This document shows positions 25,672-34,714 of a stretch of DNA of 51,897 nucleotides, in pieces (within the stretch, counting starts at the first letter, position 1; each line of letters opens with the position of its first letter). Source of the DNA: Elusimicrobiota bacterium (GTDB lineage Bacteria; Elusimicrobiota; Elusimicrobia; UBA1565; JACRDR01); NCBI GenBank assembly GCA_026388115.1, contig JAPLKK010000130.1, forward strand, positions 7,032 to 58,928. Reading direction: 5' to 3'. The notes beneath the pieces are model-generated. The model was given only the letters and a program-made list of their open reading frames with translations, made no database searches and had not been told where the DNA came from. The position numbers were made by a program, and so were the translations under genes.

Positions 25672-28600
25672 TCAGCGCAGCGCCGGCAGCCGGTCCCACT
25701 CGCCGACCGGGATCGTCACGATGCGGCCGGCCTCGTCGACGCGGCGCTGCGCCAGAGCCGCGGACACCTCCCGCAGGCGCTCGGCCGACGGCCTATCCGC
25801 GAGCCAGCCGACGTCCCAGCCCTGGATCGACCAGTTGCCTGCCGCATAGAGGGTGCGGCCGTCCGGCGAGAACACGAGGTCCTCGACCAGGCCGCCCTGG
25901 CGCAGCGGCCGCCCGGTCGGCTCCGCCGTGCGCGTATCCCACAGACGGATGACGCCGTCCATGCCGCCGGTCGCGGCGGCGGAGCCGTCCGGCGAAAACG
26001 CGGCGGACCAGATCTCGGCGCCGTGCGCCAAAGGCGAGCCGACCCGTCTGCCCGTCCTGGCGTTCATCAGATGCGCCGTCCCGTCGCGTCCGGCCGTCAG
26101 GAGCAGCGCGCCGTTCGCGGAGAACAAGAGGCGCGAAAGCGCGGCCTCGTGGGCCACCGGCTCGCCGAGAGGCGCGCCGCTCGCCGCGTCCCACAGGCGC
26201 ACCGTGTGCGCTTCGCCGTCGGCCGTCGCGATCCTGCGGCCGTCGGGGCTCCAGGCCAGCTCGCCGCCGCCATGCGGCAGCTCCCGCTCGACGCGGTCCA
26301 GCGCCGCGCAGGAGCGGATCAGCGTCTTTCCCGTCTCCGAATCCGCCAGCCGCAGCCCGTCCGGCGAGAAGACCGCCGAATGGACGAAGTCCTTCGTCCG
26401 CGTCCCGCCGAGCCGGCGGCCGGACTCGACGTCCCAGACCGCCAAGCCGTCCTCGAGCGAGTAGGTGACGAGCCGGCGCCCGTCGGGGCTCAGCGCGATG
26501 GTCGAGAGCTTGTCCTTTCCGGGCGAGAACGGCCCCGCCGCGTGCGCGCCGGTCGCGCCGTCGAAGACCTCCGCCTCCTTCGACTCGCCGAGCATCGTCG
26601 CGACGCGCTTGCCGCTCCGGTCGAAGGCCACCAGGCGCAGATCGCTCCTCCTGCCGCCCAAGGGTCCCGCGATCTTCGCGCCGGACGGCACGGAGAGCAT
26701 GGTCGGGGCCGGCCCCTCCTTGGCGAAGTCCACGCCGATCAGCCGCGAGCCGTCCGGGCTGAACCGCGCGGAAGACAGGAGCAGCTGGACCTGCGTCCGG
26801 CCCGCGGGCGCGTCGGCGACGTCCCAGAGCCGGACCGTGCCGTCGCGGCCGGCGGTGGCCAGCGACTTGCCGTCGGCGGCGAACGCCGCGGCGAGGACCG
26901 GGCTGCCGTGGACCATGCGCTTGCCGAACGGGCCCGCGGGATCGAGCGACCACAACAGCGCCGCCCCGTCGGCGCCCGCGCTGGCGACGCGCTTGCCGTC
27001 CGCGCTCGCCGCGAGCGCCAGGACGGCGCCGCCGTGGCTCAGCGAGCGCTCGACGGGCTTGCCCAGCTGGTCCTCATGCGCCGAGGCCCCGATCCACTGC
27101 CGGATCGTGCCGTCCTCGCCGGCGGTCACGATCGTGCCGGAGCGCGTGTACACGGCGGCGTTCAGGCGCCCGTCGTGGCGCATCACCTTGCCCACCGCCC
27201 GGCCGCTCGAGCGGTCGAACAGGGCGGCGCGCGCCCAGGTGAGCGAAAGGATCTTCGATCCGTCCGGGGAGAAATGCGCCTCCTCCAGAGGCCCGATCGC
27301 CAGCTTCGTCTCCGAGTCGTAGGCGATGTCGCGGCCGGCGCGCTTTCCCGACGGCACCTCCCAGAACTGGACCGACTCATGCAGGCAGGTGAGCAGCGTC
27401 TTCCCGTCGCTCGAGAATTCGAAGTAAGGGATCTCCCACTTGCTCTGCCCGGCGCGGTGCCTCATCGGAACGCCGGCCGGCCGGCCGCTCTCGGCCTCGA
27501 ACAACCGCACCTCCGGCTCCTCGGTCATGACGGCCGCCGCGAGCAGGCGCCCATCCGGGCTGAAGGCCGCCCTGCCGCCCTGGACCCGGGCCACCTCGCC
27601 GCCGCTGCGGCCGTCCAGCAACAGCACCCGCCCGCCCGGCAGGCGGATGAACGCACGGCCGCCGTCCGCGCTGAAGCCCGCGCCGGAGGACTCGCCGATA
27701 TAGCTGGCGTAGAGCGACTCGTCGGCGACGCGCGCCACGACCGCCCCCGTTTTGCCGTCGAGCAGCATGACGCCGTCTTTGCCCGAGGCGAGGACCCGGC
27801 TGCCGTCGGCGTTGACGGCGACGGCGTCCACCGGCCGCTTGAGGTCCCAGACTTGGCGCGGGCGGGCGAGCATGGCCAGATGCGACAACGCGCCGCGGCG
27901 CGCGAGCGCCGAGGGATGGAGGACGTTGGCGCGCGCGTACAGCACGGCGGCCGCGGCGTCGTCGCCGTGGTCTCCCGCCTCGCGGGCGCGCACGGCGTAC
28001 ACCTCGGCGAGCTGGGCGCGCAAAGCGGAGCGCTGGCTCAGCAGCATGGCGAAGGCCGTCGACAACGCCGCGCCGGCCACGGCGCAGGCGAGCACCACGG
28101 CGGCGTTGCGGTGCACGAACTTGCGGAAACAATAGGCCTGGCTCGACGACAGGGGCGAGACGGGCTGCTCGGTCCGCCGCGCGACGAGGTCGGCCAGCAC
28201 CTCCGCCGCCGAGCCGTACCGCTTCTCCGGCCAGGGCTCGAGGCAACGGCGGGTGATCGCGGCCAGATCCTCGTCGGCGGCGGGCTCGGGGGCGCTCACG
28301 CGCCGGATGCCGTCGCGGTACTCTTCCAGCCTCCGCTCCAAGTCCGGGGCCGCGTCCAGCGCGGCCTTCAGGTCTTCCTCGTGCGGAGGCCGGCCGGTCA
28401 AGACGGCGTAGAGCGTCGCGCCGAGGCCGAACAGGTCCCAGCGGACGTCCGGGAAGAGCTGCTCGTTCTGCCGGAAGGTCAGCGCCTGCTCGGGCGCCAT
28501 GTAGTACAGCGTGCCCAGCGCGCCGGTGGACTCGCTGGCGATGCGGGACTGGCCGAAATCGGCCACGCGCACCCGCCCTTCCTCGTCGAGCAGGACGTTG

Positions 28601-29100
28601 GCCGGCTTCAAGTCGCAGTGGAGGATGCCCTTGGCATGCACGTAGGCAAGGGCCCGCGCGATCTCCTCGGCCCAACGCGCCGCCTGCTCCGGCGTCGCGC
28701 GCTTGTCCGGGTCCACGAAGGCCGCGAGCGAGCCCCCCTCCATCAGCTCCATGGCGTAGTACGGCGGGTCGTTGGTCAAGTCGGCGTCGAGAAGGCTGAC
28801 GACGTTCGGGTGCTTGTCGAGCTTGATGAGCCGCTCCACCTCGCGCTGGAGCAGCAGCCAGTCCACGCCGTGGCGGCGCGGGAAGAGCTTGAGGGCGACC
28901 CACTTGCCGGTGCGCTCCTGCCAGGCCTTCCACACCTCGCCGTAAGCGCCCGCGCCCAAGCGCTCGACGAGCGCGTAGCCCTTGATCGCCGGGGCGGAGG
29001 GGTCCTGGCGCGCGGCCTCGCGGTTGGACAACCGACGCGAGCCCTCGGCTTGCTCCGAGTCCTGCCTCAGCGTATCGCCGGTCGAAGAGGGGTGATCCAT
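25672..29100 (-). CDS. Hanks-type Ser/Thr kinase with TM helix and WD40 beta-propellers
   Basis: LGAGAYGEVW, VALK, HCDLKPAN, DFG, YMAPEQ; many FSPDG...TAG.DGT.RLWD repeats; start ATG 29100. Confidence 0.92.
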   Translation of the reverse strand: MDHPSSTGDTLRQDSEQAEGSRRLSNREAARQDPSAPAIKGYALVERLGAGAYGEVWKAWQERTGKWVALKLFPRRHGVDWLLLQREVERLIKLDKHPNVVSLLDADLTNDPPYYAMELMEGGSLAAFVDPDKRATPEQAARWAEEIARALAYVHAKGILHCDLKPANVLLDEEGRVRVADFGQSRIASESTGALGTLYYMAPEQALTFRQNEQLFPDVRWDLFGLGATLYAVLTGRPPHEEDLKAALDAAPDLERRLEEYRDGIRRVSAPEPAADEDLAAITRRCLEPWPEKRYGSAAEVLADLVARRTEQPVSPLSSSQAYCFRKFVHRNAAVVLACAVAGAALSTAFAMLLSQRSALRAQLAEVYAVRAREAGDHGDDAAAAVLYARANVLHPSALARRGALSHLAMLARPRQVWDLKRPVDAVAVNADGSRVLASGKDGVMLLDGKTGAVVARVADESLYASYIGESSGAGFSADGGRAFIRLPGGRVLLLDGRSGGEVARVQGGRAAFSPDGRLLAAAVMTEEPEVRLFEAESGRPAGVPMRHRAGQSKWEIPYFEFSSDGKTLLTCLHESVQFWEVPSGKRAGRDIAYDSETKLAIGPLEEAHFSPDGSKILSLTWARAALFDRSSGRAVGKVMRHDGRLNAAVYTRSGTIVTAGEDGTIRQWIGASAHEDQLGKPVERSLSHGGAVLALAASADGKRVASAGADGAALLWSLDPAGPFGKRMVHGSPVLAAAFAADGKSLATAGRDGTVRLWDVADAPAGRTQVQLLLSSARFSPDGSRLIGVDFAKEGPAPTMLSVPSGAKIAGPLGGRRSDLRLVAFDRSGKRVATMLGESKEAEVFDGATGAHAAGPFSPGKDKLSTIALSPDGRRLVTYSLEDGLAVWDVESGRRLGGTRTKDFVHSAVFSPDGLRLADSETGKTLIRSCAALDRVERELPHGGGELAWSPDGRRIATADGEAHTVRLWDAASGAPLGEPVAHEAALSRLLFSANGALLLTAGRDGTAHLMNARTGRRVGSPLAHGAEIWSAAFSPDGSAAATGGMDGVIRLWDTRTAEPTGRPLRQGGLVEDLVFSPDGRTLYAAGNWSIQGWDVGWLADRPSAERLREVSAALAQRRVDEAGRIVTIPVGEWDRLPALR

Positions 29101-29106
29101 GCGGCA

Positions 29107-29135
29107 AGTATGCCGCCGCTCGAAATCAAATGCAA
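29107..29135 (-). promoter_or_regulatory. Sigma70-type promoter of the kinase gene (leaderless candidate)
   Basis: TTGCAT-17 nt-CATACT on the - strand, 6 nt before ATG 29100. Confidence 0.55.
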
Positions 29136-29158
29136 GCCTAAGGAGCCTCCAAGTTCCC

Positions 29159-29296
29159 GGGCCTAAGCGGAGCTTTGTTCCTCCGGCTTCTGGCGGCGGC
29201 TTTGGGCCGCCGCCACCCAACGCGGCCGCCGCGTTATAGGCGTGAGTAGCGGCGGCCGCTCATGGGCGCCGGAAGAACAAAGCTCCGTTTAGGCCC
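29159..29296. mobile_element. MITE-like or structured element with 29-bp terminal inverted repeats
   Basis: GGGCCTAAGCGGAGCTTTGTTCCTCCGGC versus the reverse complement of the right end GGGCCTAAACGGAGCTTTGTTCTTCCGGC (27/29); two internal hairpins. Confidence 0.65.
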
Positions 29297-29314
29297 AGCC
29301 TCTCCGCGGCGAGG

Positions 29315-29995
29315 CTATTCTAAGAAGCGGAAGCCTTTCCCGGGGATGGTTTGGATCTTGTCGGCCAGCTCTTGGGGGAGCTTTTTTCGCAGGTTGGTGA
29401 GGTGCGTGTCCACGACGTGGTCGACGGTGATCGTGTGCCAGAGCTTGGAAAGGATCTGCTTGCGGCTCATCACCTTCGGCCGGTTCTTCACCAGATACCA
29501 GAGAAGGTCGAACTCCTTGCCGGTCAGGTTGGTGATGGGCTCGCCCTTGTAGGTCACGATGTGCGATTTGACCTGGATCTCGCAGTCGCCGGCCTTGAGC
29601 GTGTCGCCCTCCTCGGTGTCGTAGGCGAGGCGCCGCAGCAGAGCCTCGACCCACAGGATCAGCTCCTGCGGCGCCACGGGCTTGACGAGGTACTGGTCGG
29701 CGCCGGCGGAGAACCCCTCCGCCTTGTTCTCGAAGCCGGACTGCCCCGTCAGGATGACGACCGGGGTCGTGCCCAGCTCGGGGTGGCTGCGGATCTTCTT
29801 GCACAGGTCCAGGCCGGAGCCGTCGGGAAGATTGATGTCGACCACCGCGAGGTCGGGCTTCTCGTTGGTGAAGATGTGCCAGGCCGGAGTGACGCCGTCG
29901 GTCGCGATGACGCGGTAGCCGGTGCCGGAGAGCGCGGCCTGCGCGATCGCCCGCGAATTCGGCTCGTCTTCGACAAGAAGGATGGTCTTGCTCAT
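29315..29995 (-). CDS. OmpR/PhoB-family response regulator (no adjacent kinase)
   Basis: ILLVEDE, PDLAVVDINLP, GADQYLVKP, LT.KEF.LL, VDTH..NLRKKL, I.T.PG.GFRF. Confidence 0.93.
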   Translation of the reverse strand: MSKTILLVEDEPNSRAIAQAALSGTGYRVIATDGVTPAWHIFTNEKPDLAVVDINLPDGSGLDLCKKIRSHPELGTTPVVILTGQSGFENKAEGFSAGADQYLVKPVAPQELILWVEALLRRLAYDTEEGDTLKAGDCEIQVKSHIVTYKGEPITNLTGKEFDLLWYLVKNRPKVMSRKQILSKLWHTITVDHVVDTHLTNLRKKLPQELADKIQTIPGKGFRFLE

Positions 29996-30043
29996 AGGGC
30001 TCCGATGATATCAAAACCGAGAGAGGAAGGTGCCGGCCTTCAG

Positions 30044-30730
30044 CTAGCGGTCGGGGGCGGGAGCCTCGACCGGCTGGCCGGGGGCCTTCAGGCGGCTGAC
30101 GGGGTCGTAGCGGCCTCCGGCCTCGGCGCCGAGAGTGTCGGCATTTTTGTCCGACGGAGCGGAGTCCGGCAAAGGCAAAACATCGGCGGCCTCGGTTCCC
30201 GGGCGCTTGAGGCCGTGGAGCAGCCGGTTGACCTCGGGGTTGCGCGTGACCATCGCGGCGACGGCGCGGAAGCCGGGCGCCTTGGAATGGACCCGGACCA
30301 GGTCGCCGAACTCCGGCGCATGCTGGAGCGTGGAGACGAACTCCTGCGCCGGCCGCGTGGCGGGGCCCGCCGCGAACTCCAAGTAGATCTTCTTGAGCGG
30401 CTGGTTGGCCATGAAGGCCGCGGTGAAGCGGACGGCGGCGGGGTCGGCGCGCCGCGGCGACAATATCTGCATCAATTCGGCGAAGGTGAGCGGCCCGCGC
30501 GGCGCGGGGGCCTGCGGCTCGGCCGGCGCCGCCACGTCCACGGCCTCGTAGCTCTTGTCCTCCGTGTTGACCGAAAGCCGCTGCGTGTTCAATCCGCCGC
30601 CCACGAAATGCGGATAGATCTCGAGGCCCAGGGCCATCCCAAGACAGAGCACGCCCACCATGATCATCGTCACCAGCGACGTGTCGAGGGCGTCGGCGTA
30701 AGTCTCCGCCGTTTCGGTGGCCAAGGCCAT
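30044..30730 (-). CDS. Membrane-anchored hypothetical protein (paralog of the ORF starting at 15593)
   Basis: N-terminal TM helix; shared LKKIY..F...A..FV..L...PEFG.LV domain; TGCTATCCT extended -10 7 nt upstream. Confidence 0.7.
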   Translation of the reverse strand: MALATETAETYADALDTSLVTMIMVGVLCLGMALGLEIYPHFVGGGLNTQRLSVNTEDKSYEAVDVAAPAEPQAPAPRGPLTFAELMQILSPRRADPAAVRFTAAFMANQPLKKIYLEFAAGPATRPAQEFVSTLQHAPEFGDLVRVHSKAPGFRAVAAMVTRNPEVNRLLHGLKRPGTEAADVLPLPDSAPSDKNADTLGAEAGGRYDPVSRLKAPGQPVEAPAPDR

Positions 30731-30889
30731 CGATCCAAGGATAGCACGCGCCGCCTCGCGTCGCCAGGCGTCTCAGACCGCGCTGACGAGGCGTATCCTA
30801 TTAAAAGACTCTTAAGCACTGAGCTGTTAGCAACATATCGGCCGGTGGCGGCTTCGTTGCGTTACCTAATGATGTATCCGGAGGTCATC

Positions 30890-32572
30890 ATGACGCCACG
30901 CACCGCTGACACAGCCCCCACGAAGCAAAAGACTCCACTCTCCACCCCGCCCCCGAAGCGCGGCGCGGACCTGCTTCACGACCCTCTCTTGAACAAGGGC
31001 ACCGCTTTCACCCATGAGGAGCGCCGCCAGTTGGGCATCCTCGGCCTCTTGCCCCCCGCCGTGTCCACGCAGGAAGTGCAGCGCGGCCGCGCCCTCAACA
31101 GCGTGCGCAAGGGCGCCACCGACCTCGACAAGTACCTCGAGATGCTCTCGCTGCTCGACCGCAACGAGTCGCTCTACTACCAGCGCCTGATCGCGAACAC
31201 CGAGGAGCTGATGCCCATCGTCTACACGCCCACGGTCGGCAAGGGCTGCCAGCTCTACGGGCACATCTACCGGCGCGCGCGCGGCCTGTTCATCACGCGC
31301 CACGAGCGCGGCATGGTGCGTGAGGTCCTCGCCAACTGGCCGCACAAGGACGTGCGCGTCATCGTCGTGACCGACGGCGAGCGCATCCTGGGCCTGGGAG
31401 ACCTCGGCTCCAGCGGCATGGGCATCCCGGTCGGCAAGCTCTCGCTGTACACCGCCTGCGGCGGCGTGCCCCCGAGCCAGACGCTGCCCATCACGATCGA
31501 CGTGGGCACCAACAACGAGACTTTCCTCAAGGACCCGCTGTACCTCGGCGTGCGCGAGAAGCGCATCACCGGCAAGGAGTACGACGACCTCATCGAGGAG
31601 TTCGTGCTCGCCGTCCAGGAGCTGTTCCCGAAGGCGCTGATCCAGTTCGAGGACTTCGCCAACCACAACGCGTTCCGCCTGCTGGCCAAGTACCGCGACC
31701 GCGCCTTCTGCTTCAACGACGACATCCAGGGCACGGCGGGCGTGACGCTGGCCGGCCTGTACTCCGCCAGCCGCATCACCGGCCGGACGCTGCGCGAGGA
31801 GAAGCTCCTGTTCCTGGGAGCGGGCGAGGCGGCGATCGGCATCGCCGATCTCGTCGTCAGCGCGATGGTGGCCGACGGCGCCGAGCGCGGCGAGGCGCTG
31901 AAGCGCTGCTGGTTCGTGGACTCGAAAGGCTTGGTGGAGAAGGGCCGCAAGGACCTGCAGGACCACAAGAAGCCGTACGCCCACGCCTTCCATCCGGTCT
32001 CCGACCTGGCGGCGGCCGTGCGCGAGCTCGAGCCCACCTGCCTCATCGGCGTCTCGGGCAAGCCGCAGCAGTTCACCGAGGAGATCGTGGCGCTCATGGC
32101 GCGCATCAACGACCGGCCGCTCGTGTTCGCGCTGTCGAACCCGACGGCTAACGCGGAGTGCACCGCCGAGCAGGCGTACACGTGGTCGGGCGGCCGGGCG
32201 ATCTTCGCCAGCGGCAGCCCGTTCCCCGCGGTCCAGTACGACGGCAAGCGCTTCGTCCCGGGCCAGTCGAACAACTCCTACATCTTCCCCGGCGTGGGCA
32301 TGGGAGCGGTGGCCTGCGGCGCCAAGCGCATCACCGACGAGATGTTCTTCGAGGCGGCGCGGGCGCTGGCCTCGCGGGTGAGCAACAAGGACCTGGAGCA
32401 GGGCAGCTTGTTCCCCCCGCTCTCGATCATCCGCGACGTGTCGGCGCATGTGGCCGCGGCGACGGCCCAGGTGGCCTATCAGCGAGGTCTCGCGACCGAG
32501 CCGAAGCCGAAGAACCTGCTGGCCTTCATCCGGAGCAAGCAGTACCAGCCCGAGTATCCGAAGTACGCCTAG
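30890..32572 (+). CDS. maeA: NAD-dependent malic enzyme
   Basis: LNKGTAFT, MPIVYTPTVG, VTDGERILGLGDLG, FEDF, FNDDIQGT, GAGEA, LSNPT; SD GGAGG before ATG 30890. Confidence 0.95.
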   Translation: MTPRTADTAPTKQKTPLSTPPPKRGADLLHDPLLNKGTAFTHEERRQLGILGLLPPAVSTQEVQRGRALNSVRKGATDLDKYLEMLSLLDRNESLYYQRLIANTEELMPIVYTPTVGKGCQLYGHIYRRARGLFITRHERGMVREVLANWPHKDVRVIVVTDGERILGLGDLGSSGMGIPVGKLSLYTACGGVPPSQTLPITIDVGTNNETFLKDPLYLGVREKRITGKEYDDLIEEFVLAVQELFPKALIQFEDFANHNAFRLLAKYRDRAFCFNDDIQGTAGVTLAGLYSASRITGRTLREEKLLFLGAGEAAIGIADLVVSAMVADGAERGEALKRCWFVDSKGLVEKGRKDLQDHKKPYAHAFHPVSDLAAAVRELEPTCLIGVSGKPQQFTEEIVALMARINDRPLVFALSNPTANAECTAEQAYTWSGGRAIFASGSPFPAVQYDGKRFVPGQSNNSYIFPGVGMGAVACGAKRITDEMFFEAARALASRVSNKDLEQGSLFPPLSIIRDVSAHVAAATAQVAYQRGLATEPKPKNLLAFIRSKQYQPEYPKYA

Positions 32573-32579
32573 GTCGCGC

Positions 32580-32714
32580 CCGGCACGCCTTTGGCGTGCC
32601 GGCTGAAGCCCGCGCGCAAGAGGAACGCGCGCGGGGCGCTCTCCAAGGGGGCTCCGCCCCCTATGGCGCCGTCGGGACCGAGCGGAACAGGGTGCCGCTC
32701 GGTCCCAGGACGGC
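32580..32714. repeat. Array of four consecutive GC-rich hairpins
   Basis: Stems at 32580-32602, 32609-32635, 32646-32662 and 32668-32714. Confidence 0.7.
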
Positions 32715-32741
32715 TGTTACCCCTGGTCTGGGCAGAAATCC

Positions 32742-32747
32742 TATAAT
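32742..32747 (+). promoter_or_regulatory. -10 box of the acyl-CoA operon
   Basis: Perfect TATAAT ~45 nt upstream of GTG 32792, with SD GGGAGGAGG in between. Confidence 0.55.
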
Positions 32748-32791
32748 CGTTCCTAGTCGTTTTCCGTCGGATTCCGGGAGGAGGGACCGGG

Positions 32792-33934
32792 GTGGACTTC
32801 GAGTTCAGCGATGAGCAGCGCATGACGATCGACGGGGCCCGCCGCTTCGCGGCCGAGAGGCTGGCCCCGGTCGTCGCGGAGCTCGATGAGAAAGGCGAGG
32901 TCAATCTCGAGGCCCTCAAGGAGCTGGGCTCGCTGGGCTATCTCGGAATGACGGTCCCGGAGGAGTACGGCGGGTCCGCGCTCGGCGCCGTGGCTTACGC
33001 CGGCTCGATGGTGGAGCTCAGCAAGGCGGACGCGGGAACGGCGGTCGCCGTCTCGGTCCAGAATTCACTGGTCAACGACGCGATCGTTCATTTCGGGACG
33101 GAGAAGCAGAAGAAGGAGTACCTGCCCAAGCTCGCCGGCGGCGAATGGATCGGCTGCTTCTCTCTGACCGAAGCAGGGGCCGGCAGCGACCCCGCCTCGA
33201 TGGTGGCGACCGCGGTGCGCGACGGCGGAGATTACGTCCTCAACGGGACCAAGAATTTCACGACCAGCGGCGCGATCGCCGACGCGATCGTCGTGTTCGT
33301 GCGCTGCGACCCGCAGCCCGGAGGCAAGGGGCTGTCGGCGTTCCTGCTCACCAAGGACGCCGCCGGCTTCCAGGTCGGTAAGCACGAGAACAAGATGGGG
33401 ATCCGCACCTCCAGCACCACGGAGATGGTGTTCTCGGACTGCCGCCTCCCGGCCGAGGCGCTGCTCGGCGAGGAGGGCAAGGGCCTCAAGATCGCCTTGT
33501 CCACGCTCGACGGCGGCCGCATCGGGATCGCGGCCCAGGCGATCGGCATCGCCGAGGCGGCGCTGGACGAGAGCGTGCGCTACGCCAAGGAGCGGGAGCA
33601 GTTCGGCAAGCCGATCGCGGAGCTGGAGGGCATCCAGTTCCTGCTGGCGGACATGGCCACCGACGTGGAGCTGGCCAAGACGATGCTCTTCAAGGTGGCC
33701 TGGCTGAAGGACTCGGGGCACAAACGCTTCACCAAGGAAGCCGCCATGCTCAAGCTCTTCGCCTCGGAGATGGCCCATCGCGTCTGCCATAAGGCGGTGC
33801 AGATCCACGGGGGCTACGGATTCATGAAGGAGTACAAGGTGGAGCGGCTGTACCGGGATCAGCGGATCACGGAAATATACGAAGGCACCTCCGAGATCCA
33901 AAGGGTCGTCATCGCCAGGAACATTCTAGGGTAA
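32792..33934 (+). CDS. Acyl-CoA dehydrogenase (butyryl-CoA/short-chain type)
   Basis: PEEYGG, FSLTEAGAGSD, NGTKNF.T, KMGIR.S.T, R.QFGKPI, QIHGGYG, IYEGTSEIQR. Confidence 0.95.
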   Translation: MDFEFSDEQRMTIDGARRFAAERLAPVVAELDEKGEVNLEALKELGSLGYLGMTVPEEYGGSALGAVAYAGSMVELSKADAGTAVAVSVQNSLVNDAIVHFGTEKQKKEYLPKLAGGEWIGCFSLTEAGAGSDPASMVATAVRDGGDYVLNGTKNFTTSGAIADAIVVFVRCDPQPGGKGLSAFLLTKDAAGFQVGKHENKMGIRTSSTTEMVFSDCRLPAEALLGEEGKGLKIALSTLDGGRIGIAAQAIGIAEAALDESVRYAKEREQFGKPIAELEGIQFLLADMATDVELAKTMLFKVAWLKDSGHKRFTKEAAMLKLFASEMAHRVCHKAVQIHGGYGFMKEYKVERLYRDQRITEIYEGTSEIQRVVIARNILG

Positions 33935-33939
33935 ATCAA

Positions 33940-34713
33940 ATGAACATAGCGGTCATCCTCAGGCAGGTCCCGGACACCGAGGCCGTCGTCCAGCCGGACG
34001 CGGCCCGGCCCGGCAGCATCCAAGAGGCGGAGCTCAAGTTCGTCCTCAACCCGTTCGACGAGTACGCGGTGGAGGAAGCGGTGAAGATCACCGAGAAGGC
34101 CGGGGGCGACGCCGTGGGCTTCTGCATCGGCCCCGACCGCTCCGAGGCGGCTATCCGCGGCGCCCTGGCCGTGGGCCTGCGCCGCGCGGTCTTGATCACG
34201 GACGCCGCGGCGGTGGAGGCGGACGTGGTCACGCAAGGCCGCATCCTGGCCGCGGCGATCAAGGGCTTCGCGCCCGAGCTGATCCTCTGCGGCCGCGAGC
34301 TGATCGACACGTCGGACGACGCCATGGCCGCGGTCGTGGCGCACTTCCTGGACATCCCGCACGTGCTCGAAGCGGTCAAGATCGAGGTGGACGGCGGCAA
34401 GGCGACGGTCACCCGCGAGGTGGAAGGCGCCGACCTCGAGATCGAAGCCCGGCTGCCGGTGGCCGTCTCCTGCTGCAAGGGGCTCAACGAGCCGCGCTAC
34501 CCGAAGATCCTCGACATCAAGCGCTCCCGGACGAAGGAGATCAAGCGGCTCACCCTGGCCGAGCTCGGGCTCGAGTCTCTACCCGCGAAGAGCCGGGTCG
34601 TGGAGCTCCGGCTCCCGCCCGCCCGGCCGAAAGGCATCCGGGTGGACGGAGAGCCCGCCGTCGCGGCGGGGCAGGCGGCGGAGTGGCTGTCCAAGACAGC
34701 CAAGGTGGTTTGA
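33940..34713 (+). CDS. etfB: Electron transfer flavoprotein beta subunit
   Basis: RQVPDTE, LNPFDEYAVEEA, LNEPRYP. Confidence 0.93.
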   Translation: MNIAVILRQVPDTEAVVQPDAARPGSIQEAELKFVLNPFDEYAVEEAVKITEKAGGDAVGFCIGPDRSEAAIRGALAVGLRRAVLITDAAAVEADVVTQGRILAAAIKGFAPELILCGRELIDTSDDAMAAVVAHFLDIPHVLEAVKIEVDGGKATVTREVEGADLEIEARLPVAVSCCKGLNEPRYPKILDIKRSRTKEIKRLTLAELGLESLPAKSRVVELRLPPARPKGIRVDGEPAVAAGQAAEWLSKTAKVV

Positions 34714-34714
34714 A

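Noticed and set aside
25750-27850. Recurring DNA motifs such as CCGTCCGGCGAGAA
   Set aside because: Explained by WD40 FSPDG protein repeats, not a DNA repeat array
26023-29166. 1047-aa + strand ORF
   Set aside because: Antisense shadow of the kinase-WD40 gene with no motifs
29351-30889. N-terminal extension of malic enzyme (apparent 1073-aa fusion)
   Set aside because: Antisense to two real genes; SD and homology begin at ATG 30890
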